Below the pieces are notes generated by a model. The model did not search any database, was not told where the DNA came from, and saw nothing but the letters and a program-made list of their open reading frames with translations. A DNA stretch of 55,306 nt, from NCBI GenBank assembly GCA_008632985.1, contig QPGO01000213.1, positions 62,001 to 117,306 on the forward strand. The letters are read 5' to 3'. Shown piece after piece: positions 12,320 through 24,692 of this stretch (within the stretch, counting starts at the first letter, position 1; every line of letters starts with the position of its first letter). Made by a program: the position numbers and the translations under genes. Origin of the DNA: Psammoneis japonica. Taxonomy: Eukaryota.

Positions 12320-14340
12320 GTAACATCACCGCGTGTGCGACGACATCGAAAGCAACAGCAGCAACCGATGATGATCATTCGAAGACGGCCAGAAGTGAGA
12401 TGCCGGCAGAGCTTTGCCAACGTCAAACATGATGTCAATGGGAATCATTCGGCTCTCAGAGGCATCACGTAGAAATTGTGCAGGAGAGCACCAGAAAAAA
12501 GCCCCAAGTCCATCCGTCCCGTCCACCTGCTGCTTCTGAACACTGGCTTCTCGGGAAATCGATTTGTGCCTTTGATCAGATGACATTTCAATCATAAAAG
12601 TGGGTGCCACACATTTGGTGCAGTCGTGCGAGCAAGGGGCAGTTGTCGTGCACATTCATTCGTGTGCTGCGCAAGTGAGATCCGAGTTGATTCTGGCACC
12701 GCAGTCAGCATGTTGCTGGGTTTTTGTTGTCTGCTCAGCCTGGCATTGATGTTTTCTGTGAGCAACAGGTTGGCACACTTTTGGCAAGGGCAGTCTGGCC
12801 CAAGCAGGGTCATCTGGTGCTTGCGTGGGGAGAGACCAGCACCGCCCTCCCATTGAGGACATCTGGAGCTGATCTGGGACAAAGTGATGCGTGATCTCCT
12901 GAGGCAACAATGAGTTGCTCACACCAAAGTGATGCTCATTCTCACTTCAACACAGCGGCACACCTCCAAGTGTGGCTTTCACCATTTCTCAGCTGGTTTG
13001 GCAGAGATTCTGTGCAGCGCTGCTTTGGCTTCCTTGCCAAACAGCCCATCACCTGAAACGACAAAGGGAGCAAAGTGGCGACATTGTTCAAGGCAGGGCT
13101 TGAGGTGCTTGCGCTTTTTCTCTCATTGGCATTGTCCCAGAACTTCTTCTGGTGTCTTGGGCAGGTGTGATTTTGCGTCTGTGTCTGGAGTGCGAACATC
13201 CATGATGGCATCTGTCCTTTTTTGTCCCAAACCCTTCAGACAAGAGATCTCCGCGGTCGCCATCCTTGGACATGTTGGAGTTTGTGTTGCTTTGTGAGTT
13301 GTTGGAGGTGCCCGGGCTTCCTGAGATGCAACCAATGGGGTCAACTCGGCTCTCAGAGTCATTGCATGGAAATTGTGCAAGAGAGCACCAGAACAAAAAG
13401 TCTCAAGTCCATCCATCCATCCACCCACATCTGAGCACTGACTTCTCGGGAAATCGATTGAAATGTCATCTGATCAAAGGCACAGCTCTTCACCATGTGG
13501 GTCAAAATGATTTTGATCAGATGACATTTCAGCTGACTTCCCGAAAAGTCATCAGCCCCAATCTCACCCTCCCACACAATGTTGTGCACATTGTTTCTAC
13601 TTTGCACACAGTTTTGCATTTTTCCTCAAATGCAAAACATCAATTGTGACCGACGCTACATTTTTGAATGACTCTGTGGGCACAACATTGCAACACGAGC
13701 GATGGTGGTGTTTGCACAACACAAATTTGCATTCACCGTTGACACAGAATGTAAACCAGAAATTTCAGAAAATTGCAACACGCCCAATGCCACACAACAT
13801 GCACACACACACTGAACACGCCACTCGCCGATGTCAATCACCATCAAAGACATCTTCCGGAATTGATGACAACTGTTTCTGGAGCTGCTTGTGAATGTCC
13901 GTGTGAAGCCAACTGGAAATGCTCTCACCCTTTTCATCTGAATCTGGTTTGATGAGCTGAGTTGTGGAAGTGAGCCCATGCTGTCGGGAGTGGAAAGACC
14001 CCTTGCTGTGGCAGCTCTTCGTCAACCTCACTCTCATGCCGCTCGCTCTCGCATGTCTTCAGAACAGCAGGTTTGTTTTTAAAAATGTCATCTCAACGGA
14101 TTCACCTGGTGACCCCTTTTAAAGGAATAAGCAGAACTTGGCAAGGTTGATTTGCCTCTGATGAATTCTGCAGCAGCACGCCCTGTGGATGTCCGGGACG
14201 AAATCTTCTTCAATTTGACACTGTTGCCAAAAGTGTTTTAACATGCGCTCAATTGCAGCATTGTCAATGAGCATGCAAAATTCTTTTGGCAACTGACTGG
14301 CAGTTTTCAATGACGTTGCCGCATCGGCTCTTTGCCATCG
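12320..14340. mobile_element. Degenerate repeat block B (TpA-depleted) with ~150-200 bp direct repeats at 12435-12590 and 13333-13531
   Basis: Shared tcggctctcagag...gaaattgtgca.gagagcaccaga...cttctcgggaaatcgatt...tttgatcagatgacatttca. The second copy also has an inverted repeat tgaaatgtcatctgatcaaa / tttgatcagatgacatttca (13460-13531). Confidence 0.7.
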
Positions 14341-14519
14341 TCGTTTGTCGGCTTTTCTCGTGCTTCAGTGCGTGGGCGGGCGGGCAAAACAGTCAGTCGA
14401 ACTAGTCAAGTTTCTTCGAACACCAATTTTATTAATTTTTTCAATTCTATATAAAGTTGATTATGGAACGGTTTCTACGGGATGTTGTGCCCATACATAC
14501 ATAGATTCCTGTTGTTCGG

Positions 14520-14668
14520 TGCGGGCGACAGCAAGACTTTTCAAAAATTTCGTTTTTCCCAAAGAAACACATAATTTCGGGAAAGTGGTGAGTCGTGTTT
14601 CCCAAAAAACAATGATTTTCAGGAAAAAAGTATTTTTGGGAAATATGTGCGGGCGACAGCAAGACTTT
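14520..14668 (+). repeat. 22-bp direct repeat pair in an AT-rich region upstream of the ferredoxin-domain gene
   Basis: gtgcgggcgacagcaagacttt at ~14519 and ~14647. Confidence 0.7.
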
Positions 14669-14765
14669 CGAAAGATCGCGAAGCGAGCTTTATTAGATCA
14701 GCTCAGCGCCAGCGGCGGATCGCAAACGAAAGCAGGAAACGCATCAGCCGCTCTGTAATATCACC

Positions 14766-16604
14766 ATGAAGACTCTCTTTGTCTTGTTGTTCGTATTGCC
14801 ATGTGCTTCACTAGCCTTTTTCAGTAGTTCTTCAAATACAAAAGCGACAATAGCATCGCGACAGCTCTGGAGCAAAAACGATTGGTCCGCTGCCGACGAT
14901 TGGACGTCGCTCTCTTCGGAATCCCATGAAAATGCCGTTGCGGATTCCGACTCGATTTTCAATCAAGACTTGGCTCGTAATGCTGCGGATGAAATGTATC
15001 TTGAAAAGGAAAGTTCGGATGATCAGTGGATTACCGACACGGTCGAGATGATTCATCACAATGGCTTTTACTTTGAGCCATCGCCAGACGATCCTCAGCT
15101 CTATGATACTGCTACGCAGGAAGAAGAAGATGCGTTGAAAATGAATTTTGTCGATGAAATGGGCAAGGAAATATCAATGTTGGTGCATTGCAACGAGCGA
15201 CCCGAGACCATGTTGATTAATGAGGGGAGAGCGCTGCCTCCGCTGACTCGAGAGGAACGAGACGATGTTTCTCAGCTAATTACAGAACAGAAACAGCCCA
15301 CGCCGTTCTTCAGAAAGGCAATCTCGACCATGTTCCAAAAGCACGCCACAACGAACGACGAGGGAGTCAAGATTATGGACGCCTTTGCCGTAGCCAGTTG
15401 GATGATGCAGAGTTTGAAGAATGAAGGAAAGGTTGGGCCTTTTGATAGACGGTATGTTGTTGTCAGAGCTGAGCGTCGCATATATGATGTATAATTTCTT
15501 AGACGTGTTCTCATTCACCAGCTCACTCTTGCATAATTGCTCTTGAAGTGTTCTTGGAGCCATTGCCAACTTTGGTACACATGGAACAGGCTACATGACA
15601 CGTAGCGACTTTGGTAATTTGTATCTCTCCGCCGTCACGTCGGATGAAACCCGCATGACGAGAAAACCAACGTCTCACTACTATCCAAAAACGAAAAAGA
15701 CGCCTTCGTCAGCTGGCCTTCAGGGTGTTTGGCGCGATATTCGCAATCATGGCATGTTGGGACCGATTGAAGCAGAGCGAAGGCAACTCGAAGAAAAATT
15801 AAAGGCCGAGATTCAACCGTTGCCGCAACAGAGCAACGACGATATCTGGGACGAGTGTGAGATTTTGGAGTATCAAGATTCGTTTCAAAACAGTGAAACC
15901 ATCAGTGATTCTGCCGTTGGCGCGTCATCTGGAAAGAGCAGCCATGAGCTAGTGGAACTGGCGTACGACAATCGAACTCCTAAATACATTCGCGACGGGG
16001 ATTTTGTGTTTATTGACGAGCAAACATGCATTGGTTGTACACAATGTGCTCAAATTTCGCCATCATCCTTTCTCATGCTTGACAATGGCAGGGCTCGAGC
16101 CTTTAGTCAACGCAACGGTCCCGATATTAGCCAAAGCGTTGCCGCGTGTCCGGTGAACTGCATCATGAGAGTTTCATTTCGTGAATTAAAGGAAATGGAA
16201 GCCAACCGCGACAAAGAGAACTGGGATGACGTGGATAGGCGACACTTGAATCATCGAAAGGGTAATGTTCCACTGTACGTGGCAGGAATGGATTCCGATG
16301 CCAATCATCGAAGCAGTTGGTACCATTACTTGAAACAAAAGTGTCACAGTAAGTAGAGTATCTATGTATCTCTTGCCAAGATTTTGCTTTCCTGATCCAG
16401 ATGCACCTAACGCTTCTCTGTTCTTCTTCTTATTCCCTCCCTCATTTAGTGTCCAAGGCTTGCCCGCAGAAGGGTTGTTATGACTGTCCTCACTATGATT
16501 CACCCGGCGAGAATCCATACTTTAAGAAGCAACATCAAGAGGCTGAGCACGTGCGAGCACAGGAATTCAGTGACAGTCTTTGGCGAAAAACGGCCGAATT
16601 GTAA
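14766..16604 (+). CDS. Probably plastid-targeted ferredoxin-domain protein (Fer4-type, similar to the DnaJ-Fer ferredoxin module); 3 exons: 14766-15451, 15549-16348, 16450-16604
   Basis: Signal peptide ending SLA-FF followed by a Ser-rich transit peptide. GT-AG introns 15452-15548 and 16349-16449 keep the frame. Motif FVFIDEQTCIGCTQCAQISPSSF...GRARAFSQ...AACPVNCI; C-terminal CPQKGCYDCP. Confidence 0.88.
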
Positions 16605-16619
16605 ACTAGGAATGCAGTT

Positions 16620-18717
16620 TTACTCGTGATACTTTATATCTAGCACAGAACCTGAGAACGGATACCCGTCTTCTCTCCAGATTTGCCAAATGACTCCTTG
16701 CGCCTGAAAGGCGACAAACATGTACTGAGCGTCGGGTGAAAATGCCAATCCAGTCGTTTCACTTTTAAAGCCAGGTCCGTCAAGAATGCTAAAATACTTG
16801 GCAGTGCCATCTCGTCCATGGACTCCCGACTTGCGGCCTCCCTCTTCGCAAAAGTAGATAATTCCATTCGGATCATTCAGAATGGATCCAATTTGATCAG
16901 GCCTTTTGTCAAAGGCACCACTCGTAGTGGTGAAATTGGTATACGTCAGTTCGTCAAGGTTCAAAATGTAGAGCCGACTTGACCTCTTTGTTGTAAAGTG
17001 GAGCAACCCATTCACGACATCAATGCCTTCACTGAGAGGATACAGTTCTGGGTTAGCATCAGCTTTGTTTAGAACCCATGCAAACGTTCCGTTCTCGCCG
17101 CCTTGATCGGGATGCATTTGAAGATAGTCGTGAGATCCGTGATTTAGCGTGCACCACTTTTCGGCAAACGTCGTTTTGTTGTAACAAGCCATTCCCTCGT
17201 CATTTGGTGTAAAACGAACCAACGCACCCTTCTTTGCGTCTTCTGTGGTGTAAAAGGTTGGAACGTCGTACCGAGTGTCAAACGAAAAGGATTCATAACT
17301 TCCGCCAAATTCAACAACGTTAGTTTGCTGAGCCTCCAGGACGCCAGACGGATCACATTGGTGTACTCTGCCTCTTCCATACTCTTCGCAAGACACCCAG
17401 CTGCCCCAAGGAGTTTTTCCGCCGCCACAGTTTCTCGTTGTGCCGTTTAAAATATTGTAATAATCCACAACATCTCCGTTGGCATTGAACTTTAAGACAT
17501 AAACTCCGCCTCGCTGCTGTGTCACTTCCGAGTTGGTAGTGTAGTAAAACCCTCCGTCAGGAGCCGGAAAGGTTGCCGCACCATCGGGTAGGTCATGAAG
17601 TAAAAGTGACGAATTGGATCCGTCCGCAAACTCAACGGGATGACCAGCATAGGCAATCGCTCTGGCTGTCAAGCCGTTGGAAAGCACAATCTCTCGTCCT
17701 TCTCGACTGAAAATAGAGGAGCGTATACAAGATTGATAAGATAAGATAAGTTATGATGGTTTCAGGGTAAGTAGTATTCGCAAGAACTTGTTCCAAATAT
17801 GCAGAGTACCTCTCATGAATAAACTTACTCTGCCACTCGAATACCTTGCGAGAAGTTTCCTGGATGGTACGTTGCAGGAGTGTCGGTCGGCATTGGGGTT
17901 TGAGTTGGAGACATGGAAATAGTCGGTGACTGTGAAGGCTGTACTGAAACTGTTGGACTCGATGTAGGAGAGACGGACGGTGATGAAGAGGGTGTAGTTG
18001 TCGGCAACGCAGATGGAGCAGGGCTACTCGTAGGAGATGCCGACGGCGTCTGCGTCGGTGCATCGGACGGTGTACGCGTCGGAAAATCTGATGGCGAATG
18101 CGTTGGAAGACCAGAGGGTTCACTCGTCGGAGAATGTGTTGGCACTGGAAACGTTGGAAAGTTTGATGGTAACATGGATGAAAGCTCCGTCGGAGAGGTA
18201 GTTGGGTCTTGTATTGTAGGACTATCTGTTGGTTCATTCGTTGGATCTGGAAAATCGTCATAGTCAGGTCTATTGCCAGCGCATTCAGCAATACCTCCAG
18301 CAGCACCACAGACACAATATGGGAGCAAACAACAGTTTTGAGTTTGTGCTAGAGTCGACATGCAGTCACTGTCAAACTTGCATGGGGTAATTTGGCCAGA
18401 GTTGAATGGTAGGCTGTGGTAGATCACGGAGTAGAAGTTGGGACAAGAGTCCAACTCGCCATCCTGCTGGTTTTGCACCTTAAGTAACAGAACAAACAAA
18501 AAGATATTAATGTCATTGTCGATAGATTAAACACTGAAACACAGTACCTGTGCTCCAATCACATATCACATCATTCTCAATTCATCGCACATGCCTGCTC
18601 GTTCGCGTTTTCTTTCTGCGATTCGCTCATGTCGACGGCATGGACACAGCCCAAAACTATCAATAGGATCGCAGCACGGATCACAACATGAATTAACAAG
18701 GGACTATTCTTATTCAT
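16620..18717 (-). CDS. Secreted PhoX-like (DUF839) alkaline phosphatase-family protein with a Cys-rich N-domain and Pro/Thr/Ser linker; exons 18717-18595, 18478-17829, 17706-16620
   Basis: Leader MNKNSPLLIHVVIRAAILLIVLGCVHA; PT/PS repeats; motifs PDGAATF, NCGGGKTPWGSWVSCEE and ETTGLAFSPD. Intron 17707-17828 is GT-AG and in frame; the first intron needs a GC donor. Confidence 0.85.
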
Positions 18718-19599
18718 GATTTGTTGCGCTCCACTAGCTAGCTTTCAATCTCATCGTGGCGACACAAGCTCAGTCAAAACGGTACTTTTGGCCGTTGACT
18801 GTCATTTTCTCTGTCTTTTCGAATTCAAACGAACAAATGAATATACAGTAATACATACATAGAATCATAGAAGACATAAATAATTTAGCGATGTACAACG
18901 TCACAATGGCGATAGACGTACGCACGGAAAGGCAGCCCAACGGCTTCCCATCATCAGCTGCAGCATGAGAGAGGACCGACCGCACCGGTGCAGCAGTCCT
19001 GCAAAATGGACATGTCTGGTGCGCGACTTTGTTGCAGAAGTTGAGTCATCCTGCCTGCCCATCTTCAAACTCAGATTCAGGCAAGACTCTGGGGGAGTGC
19101 CGCTCTGACATCATGATGTGTGCCATCAACTGACACCACAAAAGGTGTGTGGCCAATTTTCTGATTTGCTGGCTGGTGGTGGCTGGGTCGCAGAAGGTTG
19201 GCCATTTTGTTCCAACATTTTTGTTTTGCACTTGACTCTTGGAAAAGTCACCCACATCAGAGCGTGCATTGCAGTGATCCAGACCACCTTTCTTGCAGTG
19301 ATTTTTTTTAATCCATTGCAGGCAAAATTCTGTTGTTTCAAACCTTGACAGAGTTGTGCAGCTGGCAATGACATGTCAACTGTGACAAATTGTCATTTTC
19401 ATGCTGTGGGAGTGCTGACCAGACTCCCCCTCCCTGTGAGGAAAAATGTTTCACCATGAACAGGGGCAAGTTTTCCCTGTGAGAGTGCACACCCTCTGTC
19501 CCCACAAAACCTGTAAATTGGGGTCATTTGCGCTGCACCAAGAACATCACATTTTGTTGTTTGCGTTTAAATTGGATGATGCTGATGGAGACAACACCC

Positions 19600-20125
19600 C
19601 TGGAGTTTGCAGCAGCAGTTGCAACTTGCTTTCTTCAAGTGCCGCGCTGCTGGCAACCACCTTGTTCATTGCAAAAAAGTGCAGAACATGTTGTGAGAGA
19701 GCAGTGCAATGTGGGTGAACTAACACTGCCAACAGGAACGGCAACATGGACTTGCCCGTGCTGATTCTGGAGCAGGCGAGTTTGCAGCAGGAGCTGCTGC
19801 TCCATCATTTGAAGTGCCACTGCTCCACTCCACCTCATTCATTGCCAAAAAGAGCAAAACACATTGGGAGAGCATGACACAGATGAGCTGGCACAACCCA
19901 TGGGAATGGCAACATGAGCACGCCAGTGTGTCAGACGCCACTGATTCTGGAGCAGGTGAGTTTGCAGCAGAAGTGCTGTTGCTCCTCTGATTGTCCACCC
20001 TCACTCATTGCCAAAAAGTGTGGAGCACACATTGTGAGAGCATGTTGTGGATGAACTGACATGAACTGCAACACACACTTGCTGGTGCATGGGTGCATCT
20101 GGTGCCACTGATTCCAGAGCAACAT
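19600..20125 (+). repeat. About 3 diverged tandem units of ~175-180 bp
   Basis: Anchors gagtttgcagcag (~19603, 19778, 19958), cattgc.aaaaag (~19667, 19840, 20006) and tgatt(c)(t/c)(g/a)gagca (~19762, 19943, 20109). Confidence 0.75.
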
Positions 20126-20327
20126 GGGCGCTGGTGTGCCGCGCAAGACGTTGAGCACCCAGCTCCACCCCTGCAACTCAAAGAAAACACAAAAAGAAAG
20201 CATGTGAGCAAGCAAACAACATCTCAAGTGCCACAGAACACACTTGCTGGAACAGCTGTGGGAACAAGCACCGCCTGCATGTGCACCACATTGCACAAGG
20301 CGCTGCTCGAACAACAAAGTCATCGGC

Positions 20328-20770
20328 AATGACCAAGTTTGCCCCGCACCTCCTGTGCTGTGGACGGTTCATTGATGACATGTTTAGAGTGGTGTGGACC
20401 AGAAACAGCAGAGAGACTTGGGAAGCCTTTAAAAATGAGCCCAACAAATCAGTCAACCTCCAGTGGATTGCCCCCTCCCCACTCTCTGCCTCTGCAGTCT
20501 TTCTGGATCTGGATGTAGAAATTGGAGAAGAGGGATGCAACACAAGTGAACATGTCAAAAACCAATGAAGCTCTTTTTGTTGTGCACACCTTTTTTAAAG
20601 AGTGTCATGTGTGGTGAAGAACTTTTCATGCATGTGATTCTGAGAGTGGCAGGAACGAGCACCGCCTGCAGTCTTTCTGGATCTGGACATGGTTTTTGGA
20701 GAAAAGACGGATGCAAATGCATCAGAAACCAATGAACCTCCTTTTGCACATTCCTTGTTTGAAGAGCATC
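20328..20770 (+). mobile_element. Penelope-like element reverse transcriptase/thumb fragment, partly duplicated
   Basis: KFAPHLLCCGRFIDDMF...WEAFK...NLQW...SAVFLDLDVEI and MHQKPMNLLLHIP resemble the PLE consensus YYxRFIDDxF...FLDL...TYxKPMNLYLYIP. Confidence 0.8.
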
Positions 20771-23570
20771 ATTTGTGGCAACTTGTGATGATTCTGGATG
20801 CAAAACTGTGACACACACAATCATGCCAACACTGCAGAAAAGCAAGTTTGTGATGTGCGTGCACACAACAACACACCAGCAGCTCAGCATTTTGGATGCG
20901 GTGGATTCGTGACAGCACACTCACGATCACGAAACTCAAGCTGCACCCAAATCAAAACCCATCTTGACCAGCCAGAAGGACAGCAGGTTTCACCATGCAC
21001 TGAGCTGCTGTCATTGGCCAATGGGGCAAAGTCATTCACCACCATGTGGCCGGTTGTCGATTTACAGATTTGCGACCACACACAGGATCCACGTGAATTG
21101 TGACAGTGCTTGCTTTCATTTTTCAAACTTTGGGGAGAGGGTGCACTGTTGTGAAGTGTGCAGAAAATTGTGCATGTAAAAACACACTGAAAACGCCACA
21201 CAGACCAATGGGGCTGCACAAATCTGGGAAACATGAAGAAAAATGAAGGTGGGTCATGTGCGTGTGCATGAAGCACTGCATGTGCAGCAGACTGCACATG
21301 TGCAAAGACACACACACATGAGTGAGGAGGACAAAGTTGCAAACCAAGTTCAAATTGATTGCAATCAAAAGAAAAGTTGATGAGACATCAGATGAAATGC
21401 ACAAAACAACTGCATTTTGCTGAGCACTTTTGCCGGCAATTTTTTAAATTCTGCTTGTCAACAATTTTTACAATGCACATTAAAAAATTTACAAAGGAAA
21501 GTGGAAACCACTGCATTGCAGCCACTGATGCACTGTCACCCTTTGTCATGCTGCAGGTCAAAGGTCAAGTGCATGATTGCATTGCTGCCTTGCCATTTGA
21601 GACAGGCCCAACTTGGCAATTTCTCCACCTCCCCAGCTCTTGAGAGGGCTGACACACCAGGAAAAGCAGCAGCAGCAAAGTCATGTGCACCACACATGGT
21701 GCTCCCTTCTTAAAACAAAGACAAGGATCAAGGTTGAATCTAACTGTGTTTGAGCAGCCCTTTGCACAGCTTTTTCACAGAAGCATGCTGGAGACTGTCG
21801 GAATCCAGACAGGCCTTTCAGCACCTGATTTTGGCTGAAAACCCTCTGTGGCAATTTTTTGTGTCTGCTGCACCTTCTTGATGTCACAGCCCATCAGAAG
21901 AGTGGCAGCACAACCCACTTGACAAGCAGCCCATGCCATTCTTTCAGCATCGGAACAAAGAAAAAAACCATGTGTGTGGCTGCTGCACACTGCTGGCGCG
22001 CAGGTCTCAAAATGTCAATGCCTTCTTGTTTCTGCAAATTTTGTTGCAAACACAATGTGCCATGCCTTGCACATCAAGGGTGCGCTGTCAGGGAGTCAGT
22101 CAAGTTTGAATGCCCAATTGCCAGTCAACGCACTCCTCACATTGATGGCTCTTGTCAGTGTCATCTCCCACACACCAGCAGAGCAGCTTGTTCTTTGTTT
22201 CAATTTTTTGTGACCCCACAACCCACTTGTAAAACACTGACATGGCTGCACACACCTTGCCCAGAACATGTGATTTGGCTTTTGGCCAGAGCTTTGCATT
22301 GCTCTGGGAATGTGCAGTGCTCAGCAGCACCAAGAGAACAGCAGTGTCATTTGGCATGCCAAGAGACATTGCATTGTGGGTCATGGTTGCATTTTGCTGT
22401 GTGCTTCTTGAACTGGAGCAAAGGGCAGGCATGGAGCAAGCCTCAGACCTGGGCAAAATTGAGATGACCAAACTGCCATTGCCATTCCAAAATGAGCTCT
22501 TTGGCCTGCTGGCAAGGTTTTTGCTGTCTGCATCCAGCAATGCAAGAAAATGACAATTTTTTGCTGGCTCTCCTTTTTGACATGTGTGTCATTCAATCTT
22601 TTGCATTGCAGTCTTGTCAAGCACTCAAGTGCATTTCAAAAATGCAACTGCACATCTCTGTGCATGACTTTGTTGCTGAGAAATGATGCCCCAAGAGTCG
22701 CAAGCAAGAATGGTGCATTGCATTGCAAACAAAACACACTTTGTAGAAGATGAAAAGTGCAGCCAATTGGCAAATGCCCATCTTTTCCAAACAGCCCAAG
22801 CCATTTGTGCAATGCCCTCACAGAGCCCAATCATTGGGAAAAAAATGAGAGACTGGCAAAAAGAATGGCACAGGGTGCAGAGCCACACCCAAGATCAACT
22901 CCAAAACAAGCACTCAAAAGACACCCAACTTTGTCACAGTTCAAACATCTTGTGACTTTTTCAATGACATGGCGCAGAACACATCACACTTGTTTTGCAC
23001 TCTCCTTCTCATCACTTCTCAGGAAAGCAACTCCCAAGCTTTCTGACTTGTGGCCTTTTTTAATGCTGTGCAGGAGAGAACAAAATTTGTCAGGTCAAAT
23101 GATGTGCAGCTTGCACACAATGTGCATGCCGGAAGTCATGCAGAGCAGAGACACCAACCAGATGATGTCTGTGTCAATTGCTCAATTTGCTTTTGATCAA
23201 AAGCAAGCATCATCTGCTTTGACAGAAGAGCCACGGATGTCATTTGTTTGACACTCCCACACATTGGGGTGCATCAATTGCCCCCACCATGAATCAGAGC
23301 CAACTTGAGAAGCCGATTTATTTACATTTGGACGTTGCACTTTTTTTGTCTGGTTCTTCTGTTGCATCAAACACCTTGGCACCAACAAGACTTTAATTGG
23401 TCTTGCCTCATTGGCTCAGCAAAAGACAGAAGCTTGAGGGTGGCAACTTGCTCAAAATGGAGGCAGCAACTGCAGCTCATTCACAAGCACAGGGAGAGAA
23501 GAACATTCTGACAAAAAGAAGAGACCCAGGTCAGTGCATCAAGGTAACTTGATGAACACCATGGAGAACT

Positions 23571-23790
23571 GGGGACATGAGGAAGGCTTCCAGAATCGAG
23601 AACTGCCATCCGCATCCGAACGATGCATGCCAATGAGTCAAGTGGTCAGCACTGCTGCACAAAGAGTCAATGACTGCCACAGAGCTCTGGGGAGATGAGG
23701 AAGGCTTCAAGAATTGAGAAATGCCATCTGCATCTGAACGATGCATGCCAAGGAGTCCAGTGGTCAGCACTGCTGCACAAAGAGTCAATT
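23571..23790 (+). repeat. Two-copy direct repeat, ~100 bp match with ~119-bp period
   Basis: atgaggaaggcttc.agaat.gagaa.tgccatc.gcatc.gaacgatgcatgccaa.gagtc.agtggtcagcactgctgcacaaagagtcaat occurs twice; three of the differences are CG vs TG. Confidence 0.85.
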
Positions 23791-24692
23791 GCCATGCTCA
23801 TTGAATCACACAGAGACAGTCACCTGGAGGTCCAGGCTGTTGGCCAAAAGATTGAATCGAAGAAGCAGAAGGTCGTGCGGATGGCCACAAAGAAAATGCC
23901 ACCTGACTTCAACAGCAACAGCTGGGAAGACTTGGTTGCCTCGGTTTCCTTTGAAGAACAGGCAGCATTCCTTTGACCACTAAAGCCTTCAGTCTGTTGG
24001 GGTTAGCCAGAGACTTGTGGATGCAATCATGAATGGATCAACGGCGATGGACGTTTTCTTTCCCTTTTGTTCCATCGCTGTAGCCGTGCCACCTCCACTC
24101 TGTGGGATTCTCAAGCGTAATGAAACCGGATTGCAACTTTTTTCTCCATTCCTTCTTCAGCTTGAGACTTTTTCGATTGGTTTCTTTCGGGCCTGCTCGG
24201 GTGAGCTTGAGCCAGAAACCACCGCTATCCGACGAGGATAGAGAAGGCAATGTACTATCATTATCGTCCTTTTTCGTAGCGCCAATAGTATCTATGCACT
24301 ATTGTTTACCTCGGGTCAGTAGTGTTGCGTATCTATACCGCACCGCTTCCCACGCACTCTGCAATATGTGATACTAAATACAATACGCCCAAAGTTCGAC
24401 AAATGTCTAATGGTAGACAATAAAAATACCACAGTAGTACGTCAAACGTCTAATGATAAATAATCAAGCCGTATAGATGCCGAACGAATCGCCATATATC
24501 GGTATGCAAAGGCTCAATAAACTACAATGTCGTTCCCACCATGCTTCAGGATATTGATACTTGAGTGAATTTCACGACTTTTCCAAGACCCCGCAATACC
24601 GTACATGCTGAGAGTCAATCTCCGCTGTCTACTTGAGTACTGCCTTTTCTATAGGTAGGAAGACAACCATCAAGTCCCTCCACTTCCTTCGC

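Larger units (their letters stand above)
18950..24000. mobile_element. Degenerate nested TE/repeat block C (TpA- and CpG-depleted)
   Basis: Near absence of TA; contains RT remnants and tandem repeats; composition returns to normal at about 24.0-24.2 kb. Confidence 0.75.

Noticed and set aside
17632..18315. Arg/His-rich 227-aa ORF and Gly/Val-rich antisense ORF
   Set aside because: They are alternative frames of the Pro/Thr/Ser linker of the PhoX-like gene.
19484..21148. Possible Tc1/mariner-type TIR pair (caccctctgtcccc ... ggggagagggtg)
   Set aside because: The match is short and gapped, no transposase is recognisable, and a TA target duplication cannot be verified in TA-depleted DNA.
18950..24000. 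Classical fungal RIP or plain CpG methylation decay as the full explanation
   Set aside because: RIP raises TpA and AT content, whereas TpA is lost here. CpG decay accounts for only the CG half of the pattern.
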